Source: Demequinaceae bacterium (GTDB taxonomy: Bacteria; Actinomycetota; Actinomycetes; Actinomycetales; Demequinaceae). From it: a stretch of DNA of 32,000 nt. Below the pieces are notes generated by a model. It was not told the DNA's origin, made no database searches, and worked only from the letters and a program-made list of their open reading frames with translations. Every line of letters begins with the position of its first letter. The stretch's first letter is position 1. The position numbers and the translations under genes are program-made. The stretch spans positions 120,001 through 152,000 of the forward strand of contig OZ252279.1 of assembly GCA_965250005.1 (NCBI GenBank), in the 5' to 3' direction. Shown piece by piece: positions 17,705 through 26,810 of the stretch.

Positions 17705-20700
17705 GTGCATCTCAAAACGCTGACGCTTCGAGGCTTCAAGAGCTTCGCGTCTGCGACCACCCTCGAGTTTGAGCCGGGCGTTACGTGCGTGGTCGGCCCG
17801 AACGGCTCCGGTAAATCGAACGTAGTGGACGCGCTTGCCTGGGTGATGGGCGAGCAGGGTGCCAAGACGCTGCGCGGCGGCAAGATGGACGACGTTGTTT
17901 TCGCGGGCACGGCTACCCGCCCGCCGCTTGGCCGCGCGGAGGTCAGCCTCACCATCGACAACGAAGACGGCGCACTGCCCATCGAGTACGCCGAGGTCAC
18001 CATCTCCCGCACCCTGTTCCGCTCGGGCGGCTCCGAATACGCGATCAACGGCACCGCGTGCCGCCTGCTCGACATCCAGGACCTGCTGAGCGACTCGGGC
18101 CTCGGCCGCGAGATGCACGTGATCGTTGGCCAGGGGCAGCTTGATGCCGTCCTGCGCGCCACGCCGGAGGACCGCCGCCATTTCATTGAAGAGGCAGCCG
18201 GCATTCTCAAGCACCGTAAGCGCAAAGAAAAGGCGCTGCGCAAGCTCGACGCGATGCAGGCCAACCTCACCCGCGTTCAGGACCTCACCGTGGAGATTCG
18301 CCGCGGGCTGGGACCGCTCGGCAAGCAGGCTGAGGTCGCGCGTCAGGCGCAGACCATCCAGACGGACGTCCGCGACGCCCGGTCGCGACTTCTTGCAGAC
18401 GACATTGCTCAGCTCCAGGCCCAACTCACGCAGGAGACGGCCGACGAGGCCGCGCTCATGGAACGCCGCGCCACCGTAGAGAAATCGCTCGCTGAGGCGC
18501 GCGGCCACCTCGCGAGCCTCGAGCGCGCGTCTGCGGAGGCCACGCCCGAGCTCACTCAAGCCAACGACATCTACTACCGACTGAGCGCCCTGCGCGAGCG
18601 CTTGCGAAACCTGCAGTCCCTGGCCGACGAGCGCCTGCGGATGCTTGGCACGCACGTCGACTCGATCGCGCCGACGGACCTTGTGGACCTCGATGAGCAG
18701 CTGGAGCGCGCGCGCGTCGCTCACGCAGAACTCACCGCCGAAGTGACAGCGGCCCAGGGCGCGCTCGTACTCGCCGAGGAAGCGCGCACTGTCGCCGAGG
18801 GCGTCGCCGAGTCCTCAGAGAAGACGCTCGCGAACCTGCTGCGATCCGTTGCCGACCGCCGCGAGGGCGTGGCGCGCCTGGCCGGGGACGTGGCCGCGCG
18901 GCGCTCGCGCGTGGAGGCCGCTGAAGACGAGATTGGCCGCCTGCAGCAGACGCTCACCGAGGCCGAGCGCCGTGGCACCGATGCCACCAAAGAATTCTCT
19001 GCGCTCGAGTCCACCGTCGCGAGCGTCGAGGCCGGCGAAGAAGACCTTGACGCCGCGCACGAGTCCGCAACCGAAGAGCTCGAGGCCACCAAGGAAGCGC
19101 TCACGCACCTGCACCAGGCGCTCACGGACGCGATTCTCGAGCGCGACACGTTCGCCGCCAAGGCAGAGGGACTGGAGCTGTCACTCGCCCGCAAGGACGG
19201 CGCTGGCGCGATCCTCGCGCAAGGTTCGCGCGGAGTCCGCGGAACCATCGCCTCGCTGATCGACGTGGAGGGCGACGTGGAGGACGCGATCGCCGCCGCG
19301 CTCGGACCGCTCACGGATGCGCTCGCGGCCGAGTCCGTCGAGGCCGCGGTGGACGCCATCCGCTGGCTGCGCGACGAGGACGCCGGCCGGGCCCGCTTCG
19401 TTGTTGCTGATCACTCCGCCGTCACCGACAATCCTTCTGTCTCCCTCCCCGCCGGGGCGGCTTGGGCGTCCGATCTGGTCACCGGGCCCGACGGCATTGT
19501 CGCGACCGTGCGGGCGCATCTGAGCGGCATCGCGGTGGTGGACGATCTAGCCTCGGCGCGGGCTCTCGTGAACGATCACGGCGGCATCACTGCGGTGACG
19601 CGCCGCGGCGACATCCTCAGCGCACGGTCCGCGTTCGGCGGCGCGGGGGATGCGCCCAGCGTTCTCCACATGCAGGCTGCGCTGGACGAGGCCCGCGAGC
19701 ACGTGACCACCGCGACCGCGCTAGTCGAGACCACCACGTTTCAAATCAAGGCCGCCGAGGACCGCGAAGCCTCCGCGTCGACTGCGCACGAGATTACGAT
19801 GGCCCGACTGCACGACTCTGACGCGCAGATGGCCGCGGTTGCCGAGCAGCTGGGCCAGCTTGGCGCCGCGTCCCGCGCCGCCAAGGCCGAGTCTGAACGC
19901 GTGGCATTGGCACTGGACGAGGCGCGCACGCGCATTGTCTCCGAGCAAGAGGAACTCACCAGCCTCACCGAGCGACTAGCGGGCGCAGAGGCCGAGCCCG
20001 AGCAAACAGAGTCGAACACGCAAAGCGCGCAGAATCAGCGCGACGCTCACGGCGAATCTGCCGTAGCTGCCCGGGCCGCCGAGACTGAGGCGCGCTTGGC
20101 CTTGCGCACGGCAGAGGAGCGCGCCCGTGCCCTAGCCGCCCGCGCCGAATCGCTTGAGCGAGCCGCGCACGCCGAGCGCGACGCCCGTATCCGGGCCGAA
20201 GAAGCCGCCGGCCGTCGCGCCCGTCAATCCGTGGCTGCCCGCGAGGTGGTCGCGGGAGCGATCGCGACGCTCGCGCATATGGACGCGTCCGTCCAGAAAG
20301 CTGACGACAACCGGGCCGCCGTCGAGGCCCGCCGCGCGGACCGCACCGGCCAGCTCGCGGACGTACGTCAGCACGTCGAGGAGTACTCCACCGAATACGC
20401 GCGCCTAACCGACGACGCCCACAAAGACGAAGTGGTGCGCGCGGAGCAGCGCGTGCGTCTCGAGCAGTTTGAGACTCGCGCGATCGACGAACTTGGCGTT
20501 GATCCCCAGGCGCTGGTCGACGAGTTTGGCCCTCACCTGCCGGTGCCGCTCACGGGCGACGAAGCGGCGGCTGCCATCGTCGCAGCGCAGGTTGACGGCG
20601 GGGCAGAGGCGACCGGGGCATCGTCCGCTGAAGTCGCCGAAGCGCCAACCGAGGAGTACGTCAGGGAGAAGCAAGAGAAACGCCTGCGCCGGGCCGAGCG

Positions 20701-21328
20701 CGCGATCAGCCAACTGGGCCGCGTCAACCCCCTCGCGCTCGAAGAGTTCTCAGCTCTGGAGGAGCGGCACAAGTTCCTCACCGATCAGCTCGCGGACATC
20801 AAGAAGACACGCGAGGGTTTGCTCGAGATTGTCAAGGAGATTGATCAGCGCGTCGAGAGCATCTTTGTCGACGCGTTCAATGACACGGCCAAACAGTTCG
20901 CGGAGGTTTTCCCGCGCCTCTTCCCTGGCGGCGAGGGCAAACTGGTCCTCACCGACCCTAAGGACATGCTCAACACCGGCATAGAGGTTGAGGCGCGCCC
21001 GGCAGGCAAGAAAGTCAAGCGCCTGTCGCTGCTGTCGGGCGGCGAGCGGTCGCTCACGGCGATCGCGCTGCTCGTATCCATCTTCAAGGCGCGCCCCAGC
21101 CCGTTCTACGTCATGGACGAGGTCGAAGCCGCGCTCGACGACGTAAACCTCGGGCGACTGCTAGGCATATTCCGCGAGCTTCAGGAGGATTCCCAGTTGA
21201 TCGTGGTGACGCACCAGAAGCGCACCATGGAGATAGCCGACGCGCTGTATGGCGTCACCATGCGCAACGACGGGGTGACCACTGTGATCAGCCAAAGGCT
21301 GCACAAGGGCGAGGCTGTCAGCGCCTAG
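17705..21328 (+). CDS. smc: Chromosome partition protein SMC
   Basis: The 1207-aa ORF has an N-terminal 'LKTLTLRGFKSF...GPNGSGKSN' Walker A motif, long coiled coils and a central hinge. The C-terminal signature is 'LSGGERSLTAIALL', with Walker B 'FYVMDEVEAALD'. Confidence 0.97.
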   Translation: MHLKTLTLRGFKSFASATTLEFEPGVTCVVGPNGSGKSNVVDALAWVMGEQGAKTLRGGKMDDVVFAGTATRPPLGRAEVSLTIDNEDGALPIEYAEVTISRTLFRSGGSEYAINGTACRLLDIQDLLSDSGLGREMHVIVGQGQLDAVLRATPEDRRHFIEEAAGILKHRKRKEKALRKLDAMQANLTRVQDLTVEIRRGLGPLGKQAEVARQAQTIQTDVRDARSRLLADDIAQLQAQLTQETADEAALMERRATVEKSLAEARGHLASLERASAEATPELTQANDIYYRLSALRERLRNLQSLADERLRMLGTHVDSIAPTDLVDLDEQLERARVAHAELTAEVTAAQGALVLAEEARTVAEGVAESSEKTLANLLRSVADRREGVARLAGDVAARRSRVEAAEDEIGRLQQTLTEAERRGTDATKEFSALESTVASVEAGEEDLDAAHESATEELEATKEALTHLHQALTDAILERDTFAAKAEGLELSLARKDGAGAILAQGSRGVRGTIASLIDVEGDVEDAIAAALGPLTDALAAESVEAAVDAIRWLRDEDAGRARFVVADHSAVTDNPSVSLPAGAAWASDLVTGPDGIVATVRAHLSGIAVVDDLASARALVNDHGGITAVTRRGDILSARSAFGGAGDAPSVLHMQAALDEAREHVTTATALVETTTFQIKAAEDREASASTAHEITMARLHDSDAQMAAVAEQLGQLGAASRAAKAESERVALALDEARTRIVSEQEELTSLTERLAGAEAEPEQTESNTQSAQNQRDAHGESAVAARAAETEARLALRTAEERARALAARAESLERAAHAERDARIRAEEAAGRRARQSVAAREVVAGAIATLAHMDASVQKADDNRAAVEARRADRTGQLADVRQHVEEYSTEYARLTDDAHKDEVVRAEQRVRLEQFETRAIDELGVDPQALVDEFGPHLPVPLTGDEAAAAIVAAQVDGGAEATGASSAEVAEAPTEEYVREKQEKRLRRAERAISQLGRVNPLALEEFSALEERHKFLTDQLADIKKTREGLLEIVKEIDQRVESIFVDAFNDTAKQFAEVFPRLFPGGEGKLVLTDPKDMLNTGIEVEARPAGKKVKRLSLLSGGERSLTAIALLVSIFKARPSPFYVMDEVEAALDDVNLGRLLGIFRELQEDSQLIVVTHQKRTMEIADALYGVTMRNDGVTTVISQRLHKGEAVSA

Positions 21329-21346
21329 CCTTCCGGCGCGCGGCGA

Positions 21347-22867
21347 CTACGAGAAGGGCGCGACTGTGATCTGAAGGTTCTCGAGTGGGTCGCCGAAGAA
21401 CTCGGACACGACCAGCACGTATGTCCCTGCGGGGATCACCGTTTCTACCTTGGGGTTCTTGTCCGTGAATTCCTGGACAAAGATGTAGTCGTCCGACCAC
21501 GCGTAGCGCATGGGATTGTCCGCGCCGCCAATCTTGACCACCTCGAGCACCAGGTCCTGTCCTTCGAGCGACAGCGCGGAGAGCGAAAGGATCTGATCGT
21601 CAGAAACGGTCAGGCACGCGATCGCCCTGGTCTGGTCTGGCGCGTCCTCATCGAGAAAGAGCCGCGTGGCAGTCTCGCCAATCGTGATGATCGGGGTGTC
21701 TAGGTTGTCGTCCTCGCACGTGGCCGCGGTGAGGTCCGCAGCGTTGTCCGCCACGGGGCCCACGCGGAAGTACGAACGCTCTGTGTCGACGTAGATTTCC
21801 GTCATGCCCGTGGCACCGCCGCTCCACTCCTCGACCTCGATCAGGTACGTGCCCACCTCGAGTTGCGTGCTGGCTTCGGGGTCACTACCGAATGCGTCGT
21901 CGAATGAGCGAACAAAACGCGGGCGGCCTGTCTCGTCAAACTTATGTAGCGCGAACGTGAGGTCGGGAGAGTCAATGCCCGCGGCGACCTCGTCGAGTGA
22001 TATGACGCCAATTTTGGTCCACGCGGCTTCGGTGAGGACTAGGCATGCCACGGTATTGTCCGAGTCGCGCTTCACGGACGCAGTGTCCGTGAGCATCGGG
22101 ATGTCGGCGCTGCCGCATTCGTCGACGCCGGGCAGATGCGAGTTGAACGCAGCGTCCGCTGAGGGATCACCAATCGCATCCGGGTCGTGCGTGGTTGAGT
22201 ACAGCGTGAACTCGCCGGGGTCGCCTCCTCCGAACGCCGTCACGGTGGCCACGTAAGTCCCAGGGAAGAACGGAGAGCTGACCTCGGGGGCGTCGCCGTG
22301 GGTGTCGTCGGCAGCGGCCCAGAAGGCGCCGTCCGCGTTGGATATCTCTATGACGAGGTCATTCGAGGGGTCTGCGGGCGTCGCGCCCATCGAAATGATG
22401 AGTTCGGTTTCCACCTCAAAACAGACCACCTTGGACGCGTTCTTGTATTCGCGGTCCAGCTCGATCTGTTCGAGTGCGGCGCCTCCGCATGCCTCACCCA
22501 CCTGGGGCAGGGGGGTGGGGCCGGTGGGCTCGGGCTCCGGATCCGCGACCGCGAAGATCGCCGCGGCGGCCACACCCACAAGTACGACGGCCGCACCAGT
22601 GAAGATCGCGGCTCGTGCCTTATTGCCGGTGCCTGTGGTCGCGTCGAATCCCTGTCGCGGGTTCTTCATTCGGGCTGGCGTCGCCCCCATGGTCCCGTGG
22701 AACCCCGGGGTCTCGTCGTTCGCGTGGTCCCCGTCGCGGCGTCCGCGGGCAGGCCGCCTTCTGCCTACCGGCGCGCTGCACACTGGGCAGATCGTTGACC
22801 CGATCAGCATTCGGTGGCCGTTGGTGCACGTGGACAGCGCTGCCTCGTGCGAATCGTCCTTCGCCAT
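21347..22867 (-). CDS. Zinc-ribbon / single-TM protein with 3 tandem Cys-pair PPC-like repeats
   Basis: The 506-aa ORF has an N-terminal 'CTNGHRMLIGSTICPVCSAPV' (C-x2-H...C-x2-C zinc ribbon), a basic linker and the TM segment 'AAIFTGAAVVLVGVAAAAIFAV'. Three modules of about 120-130 aa follow, each with a Cys pair and a 'GTY(V/L)..V' motif. Repeat 2 closely matches repeat 1 of 10496..11569 ('SPDLTFALHKF...DDAFGSDPEASTQLEVGTYLIEVEEW' against 'SPDLVFALSTW...DDTFGSDPEVNMALLGGTYLIEVDAF'). Confidence 0.8.
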   Translation of the reverse strand: MAKDDSHEAALSTCTNGHRMLIGSTICPVCSAPVGRRRPARGRRDGDHANDETPGFHGTMGATPARMKNPRQGFDATTGTGNKARAAIFTGAAVVLVGVAAAAIFAVADPEPEPTGPTPLPQVGEACGGAALEQIELDREYKNASKVVCFEVETELIISMGATPADPSNDLVIEISNADGAFWAAADDTHGDAPEVSSPFFPGTYVATVTAFGGGDPGEFTLYSTTHDPDAIGDPSADAAFNSHLPGVDECGSADIPMLTDTASVKRDSDNTVACLVLTEAAWTKIGVISLDEVAAGIDSPDLTFALHKFDETGRPRFVRSFDDAFGSDPEASTQLEVGTYLIEVEEWSGGATGMTEIYVDTERSYFRVGPVADNAADLTAATCEDDNLDTPIITIGETATRLFLDEDAPDQTRAIACLTVSDDQILSLSALSLEGQDLVLEVVKIGGADNPMRYAWSDDYIFVQEFTDKNPKVETVIPAGTYVLVVSEFFGDPLENLQITVAPFS

Positions 22868-23007
22868 ATGCTGACTGTATATCGGGCGCCGCGTGCGGGA
22901 GCGCTAATTGTGACCATTCCGCAATGTCGAACCCAGCGATTCGGCGCGCGCAACCGTTTGCATGTTGAGAGACTCATCTTAGGCCTACAACACACAGGAG
23001 GTGCGCC

Positions 23008-23241
23008 ATGAACAGTTCCCACGCGGCATTGATAGCGGGAATCGTGGCGTTAGCCATCCTCATTCTTGGCGTGGCATCGCAAGGCCGGCTCAAGCATCTG
23101 GTGTTGGTGCTGCTTGGTGCGGCACCGCGCCGTCCCGTGAGGGAGTTCATTGATGAGATCCCGCGTGCTGAACACGACTGGGCAGTGGTGGGCCAGCTCG
23201 ACTCGCGCGCCGCGCCATTCAAGGACGACGTTGCGACCTAG
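23008..23241 (+). CDS. Small single-TM protein, hypothetical
   Basis: The 77-aa ORF has a strong SD 'CAGGAGG' 7 nt upstream of the ATG and one TM segment ('LIAGIVALAILILGV'). I recognise no family. Confidence 0.45.
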   Translation: MNSSHAALIAGIVALAILILGVASQGRLKHLVLVLLGAAPRRPVREFIDEIPRAEHDWAVVGQLDSRAAPFKDDVAT

Positions 23242-23321
23242 TGCCACACTAGGCACGTGATCTTGCTGCCTTTCGCTGCCCCAACGCACGCCGCATCGAT
23301 GTGCACTGGCGGGGAGGCGTG

Positions 23322-24314
23322 ATGGCCTGGCTCAAGCGCGACAGAAGCCAGCCCGCGGACCACGCACAGGTTGTCGACGCGGGTGCACCTCAGTCTGAAC
23401 TCGACAAGACGCCATCACGGTTGTCCAAACTGCGCGGCCGTATGGGCGGTGGGCTGGGCACCAAGCTTCTTGCGGTCATGGGCCGCGGCAAACTTGAGCA
23501 AGAGGACTGGGACGCGCTTGAGGAAATCTTGCTTGCAGCCGACGTGGGCGTGGGTGCCACGGAGGAGCTGCTCGAGGCGCTACGCGAGCGCGTCAAGAAG
23601 GACCCCAACGCCGACCCGCGCGAGAGCCTGCGCGCTGAACTCATCGCGGTGGTAGACATGGACGCGGAACGCGGGCTCGCGCTTGGGGCGCCGGGCGACG
23701 GTGCTGCGGCGCCCCTCGTCATGGTGGGAGTCAACGGCGTGGGCAAGACCACCACCGTCGGCAAGTTGGCGAGCGCGCTGATTGCCGACGGCTACAGCGT
23801 GATCCTCGCCGCGGCAGACACGTTCCGTGCGGCCGCTGCAGATCAGCTGGAAACCTGGGGGGCCCGCACGGGAGTGCAGGTGGTGCGCGCGGGCCGCGAC
23901 GGTGCGGACCCGGGCTCAGTCGCGTTCGAGGCCTCCGAGCGGGCGACGGCCGTTGGTGCGGACGTCCTGCTGGTGGACACCGCGGGCCGCCTCCAAAACA
24001 AGCAGGGCCTCATGGACCAGTTGGGCAAACTGATCCGGGTGCTGTCCAAGAAGCGTGCACCCGCCGAGGTGCTGCTGGTGCTGGACGCCACGACCGGCCA
24101 GAACGGGCTCGCCCAGGCCCGCGTGTTCGCTGAAGTTGCTGGTATCACCGGCATCGTCCTGACCAAGCTGGACGGAACCGCCAAGGGCGGAATCGTGATT
24201 GCTGTGCAGCGTGAGTTGGGCGTACCTGTGAAGTTTGTGGGCCTGGGCGAGGACGTCGAGGATCTGGCGCCGTTCGAGGCTGCGGCCTTTGTGGACGGGC
24301 TGCTCGACTTGTAG
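23322..24314 (+). CDS. ftsY: Signal recognition particle receptor FtsY
   Basis: It has the SRP-GTPase NG domain with 'GVNGVGKTTTVGKLA' (G1), 'DTFRAAA', 'DTAGRL', 'TKLDGTAKGG' and 'VKFVGLGE'. The start is either ATG 23322 ('GGAGG' 4 nt upstream) or GTG 23301. Confidence 0.93.
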   Translation: MAWLKRDRSQPADHAQVVDAGAPQSELDKTPSRLSKLRGRMGGGLGTKLLAVMGRGKLEQEDWDALEEILLAADVGVGATEELLEALRERVKKDPNADPRESLRAELIAVVDMDAERGLALGAPGDGAAAPLVMVGVNGVGKTTTVGKLASALIADGYSVILAAADTFRAAAADQLETWGARTGVQVVRAGRDGADPGSVAFEASERATAVGADVLLVDTAGRLQNKQGLMDQLGKLIRVLSKKRAPAEVLLVLDATTGQNGLAQARVFAEVAGITGIVLTKLDGTAKGGIVIAVQRELGVPVKFVGLGEDVEDLAPFEAAAFVDGLLDL

Positions 24315-24443
24315 GCCCGCCGCGCTTCGATACCCGCGCCTGTATTGAGAAATCCCGGGTGTCGGAGGCGGAATCTCGCTAAATGTTGCGGCGCCTGCCT
24401 GGACCCGCTAGTTTGCGAGTGTGATTTGGCCTGGGTTTAGTTC

Positions 24444-25370
24444 CTAGGTGTTTCCCTGTCCGGCGGATGCCGGTTGGGTTGATTCTTGGCCAGCGTAGTA
24501 CGCCTGTTCGATCTCGACGGGGGTGTGCATGTCGAGTTCGCCGTGGAGTCGTTTGTTGTTCCACCACCACACGTATTCGAGGGTCGCGAACTCGACTTGT
24601 TCGACGGTGCGCCAGGGCCCTTGCTGGCGGATGAGTTCTGTTTTGTAGAGGCCGTTGATGGCCTCGGCGAGGGCATTGTCATATGAGTCGCCGACCAAGC
24701 CGGTGGAAGGTTTCGCACCGAGCTCGATGACGCGGTCGGTGTAGACCGTAGCCAAATAGTTTGAGCCGTGGTCGGCATGATGGACGAGGCCAGCGAGGTC
24801 GCCTGCCGCGTCCCAGGCGGCCATGTCGAGCGCCCGCAAAGGCAGGATGTCAGCCTGCAGGGTCGATGCGACGTTCCATCCGACGATCCTGCGTGAGTAG
24901 ACGTCGGTGACGAACGCGACGTAAGCGAAACCGGACCAGGTCGCGACGTAGGTGATGTCCGCGACCCACAAACGGCGCGGTGCTGGTGCAGTGAACCGGC
25001 GTTGCACAAGATCCTGCGGCTTGGCGGCAGCAGGATCACTCTTGGTCGTAAACACTTTCTTCGAGCGTTTCACACCCCGAACACCTGCCAGGCGCATGAG
25101 TCGCTCGGTCTGGTCCCGCCCAACCTGCCAGCCTTGCCGCTTCAGCAGCGCATGCATTTTCCGCCTCCCGTACACGCCGTAGTTCTCTGCATGCAACCGG
25201 ACCACCTCGGGCACAAGCAGACCATCACGCAGGGCACGCACGGACGGTGGACGCGTCTTAGCGGCGCGATAACCGCGCGAGGTGACAAATCCACGAACCG
25301 CCACGCGTAACACCCGGCAGATGAGCTCAACCCCGAAACGACCCTTGTGCTCGTCAATGAAGCGGGTCAT
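24444..25370 (-). CDS. IS3-family transposase OrfB (DDE integrase core), expressed as an OrfAB fusion by -1 frameshift
   Basis: The product has 'FIDEHKGRFGVELICRVL', 'LWVADITYV' (first D), 'HHADHGSNY' (second D) and 'DNALAEAINGLYKTE' (E). It is in the -1 frame relative to OrfA. The stop lies inside the terminal IR. Confidence 0.9.
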   Translation of the reverse strand: MTRFIDEHKGRFGVELICRVLRVAVRGFVTSRGYRAAKTRPPSVRALRDGLLVPEVVRLHAENYGVYGRRKMHALLKRQGWQVGRDQTERLMRLAGVRGVKRSKKVFTTKSDPAAAKPQDLVQRRFTAPAPRRLWVADITYVATWSGFAYVAFVTDVYSRRIVGWNVASTLQADILPLRALDMAAWDAAGDLAGLVHHADHGSNYLATVYTDRVIELGAKPSTGLVGDSYDNALAEAINGLYKTELIRQQGPWRTVEQVEFATLEYVWWWNNKRLHGELDMHTPVEIEQAYYAGQESTQPASAGQGNT

Positions 25371-25678
25371 CTCGTCCGTGGCTGGTCGAGCTCCTTCGCA
25401 AAAAACACGCTCGCAGCCCGAAGGACCTCATTCGCTTTGCGCAACTCCGCGTTCTCGCGCTTCAAACGCCGGTTGTCCTCAACTATGTCGCTAGTCGCCC
25501 CCGGGCGTTGCCCGGCATCGACCTCGTAGCGGCGTTGCCACACGCGAAGCGTCTCCGGGCTCATCCCAAGCAAGCCTGCCACGTGACGGATCGCAGTCAT
25601 CAAACTCGGGTGATCCGGCCTCGCCTCAGCAAGCATTCTCAACGCCCGCTCACGCATCTGCGGTGTGTATCTAGTCAT
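25367..25678 (-). CDS. IS3-family transposase OrfA (HTH / leucine-zipper part)
   Basis: The product begins 'MTRYTPQMRERALRMLAEA...' and ends '...RRLKRENAELRKANEVLRAASVFFAKELD'. 'AAGGA' lies 8 nt upstream of the ATG at 25678. The track ORF's extension to 25882 crosses the IS boundary and is spurious. Confidence 0.85.
   Translation of the reverse strand: MTRYTPQMRERALRMLAEARPDHPSLMTAIRHVAGLLGMSPETLRVWQRRYEVDAGQRPGATSDIVEDNRRLKRENAELRKANEVLRAASVFFAKELDQPRTR
25399..25405 (-). promoter_or_regulatory. Putative -1 programmed ribosomal frameshift site (TTTTTTG) of the IS3 transposase
   Basis: The minus strand reads 'GTG TTT TTT GCG' in the orfA frame. My manual -1 shift on the T6 run gives '...VFFCEGARPATDEMTRFIDEHKG', which joins OrfB in frame. 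Confidence 0.6.
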
Positions 25679-25726
25679 GGGTTCCATCCTTACTGAAAAG
25701 TCGGAACAAAACCCAGGCCAAATCAG

Positions 25727-26293
25727 GACGTGGACCTGGGCGGGCTCGTGGTGCGCTGGATCCCCGAATGGCAGGGCATCCGCAACAGCCCCCAAACCAA
25801 CCCGCTGCATGTTTACACCGTTGACCGTCACAGCATCGAGGCGGTGATCCGCGCGGGTCGGCTGGCAGCGGACGCGCCACACGCTCAGCTGCTACTGCTC
25901 ACAGCGCTGTTCCACGACATCGGCAAAGGCGACAACGACGACCACGCCGCGGTGGGCGCCGCCATGATCCCCGCAATCGCCACCCGGCTCGGGCTGGACG
26001 CAGACACTGGCCGCGATCTAGAAGTGCTGGTGAGGCACCACCTGCTCATCTCCGACCTCGCTGCGGGCAGCGACGTCGACCATGCCGAGACCGTCTCAAC
26101 CCTGCTGGACGCGCTCGGGCACAGGCGCGACATGCTCGAGGCGCTACGCAACTTTAGTGAGGCAGACGCCACCGCGTCCGGGCCCGACGTCTGGATCCCG
26201 TCGCGCGAGGATCTGGTCAACCGGCTCATGGCCGCAGCGACCGCGCGCCTGGGACCGGAGGCGCAGACGCGCGTCACCGGCACCAGTGAGTAG
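25727..26293 (+). pseudogene. 5'-truncated remnant of a second, diverged glnD-like gene (HD domain only), cut at the IS boundary
   Basis: Its translation aligns colinearly with the C-terminal 175 aa or so of GlnD (26780..28555). My hand alignment gives about 60% identity (106/174), including 'HVYTVDRHS', 'ALFHDIGKG' and 'LVRHHLL'. Homology starts 1-2 nt from the IS end at 25725. There is no SD or N-terminal NTase domain. Confidence 0.8.
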
Positions 26294-26350
26294 GCCCAAA
26301 GCCGTACGCGGGCGCTACTGTTGGCAGCACCAGGATTTGTACGGAGATAG

Positions 26351-26714
<364 letters not shown>

Positions 26715-26716
<2 letters not shown>

Positions 26717-26810
26717 TCGAGTCCACCAGTAGTCGAGCCCACCGATAGTCAAGCCCACCGACAGTCAAGCCCACCGATCGTGAGCCCCACCGATGTAGGG
26801 CCCACGGGTT
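26715..26810. repeat. 16-bp tandem repeat, about 6 copies, filling the glnB-glnD spacer and running into the first codons of glnD
   Basis: The units read from sequence are AGTCGAGTCCACCAGT, AGTCGAGCCCACCGAT, AGTCAAGCCCACCGAC, AGTCAAGCCCACCGAT, CGTGAGCCCCACCGAT and GTAGGGCCCACGGGTT. The last two are degenerate. The array starts inside the glnB stop codon. Confidence 0.85.

Larger units (their letters stand above)
24422..25725 (-). mobile_element. IS3-family insertion sequence, 1304 bp, apparently intact
   Basis: The terminal inverted repeats match 22/23: 'TGATTTGGCCTGGGTTTAGTTCC' at 24422..24444 against the reverse complement of 25703..25725, 'TGATTTGGCCTGGGTTTTGTTCC'. The ends are 5'-TG...CA-3'. 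The two-ORF orfA/orfB layout has a T6 slippery run. No direct repeat flanks the element: the left flank is '...GAGTG' and the right flank is 'GGACG...'. Confidence 0.9.

Noticed and set aside
17687-18724. A 345-aa ORF antisense to the 5' part of smc. Similar long antisense ORFs occur at 18721..19359, 3729..4682 and 4926..5681 (ileS), and 11579..12487 (folC).
   Set aside because: These are typical high-GC shadow ORFs. They are Arg/Ala/Gly/Val-rich, have no recognisable motifs, and lie fully inside strongly supported conserved genes on the other strand.
25679-25882. An upstream extension of the IS orfA reading frame (track ORF 25367..25882).
   Set aside because: It crosses the IS terminal inverted repeat (which ends at 25725) into antisense glnD-remnant sequence. 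The internal ATG at 25678 has an appropriately spaced AAGGA.
25730-26293. The 187-aa ORF considered as an independent HD-domain gene.
   Set aside because: Homology to GlnD runs right up to the IS boundary. There is no usable ribosome-binding site, and the NTase and central domains are missing. It is better explained as a truncated remnant.
26321-26333. A 'TTGGCAGCACC' sequence upstream of glnB that resembles a sigma-54 -24 element (TGGCAC).
   Set aside because: Actinobacteria lack sigma-54, and there is no matching -12 'TTGC' at the correct spacing.
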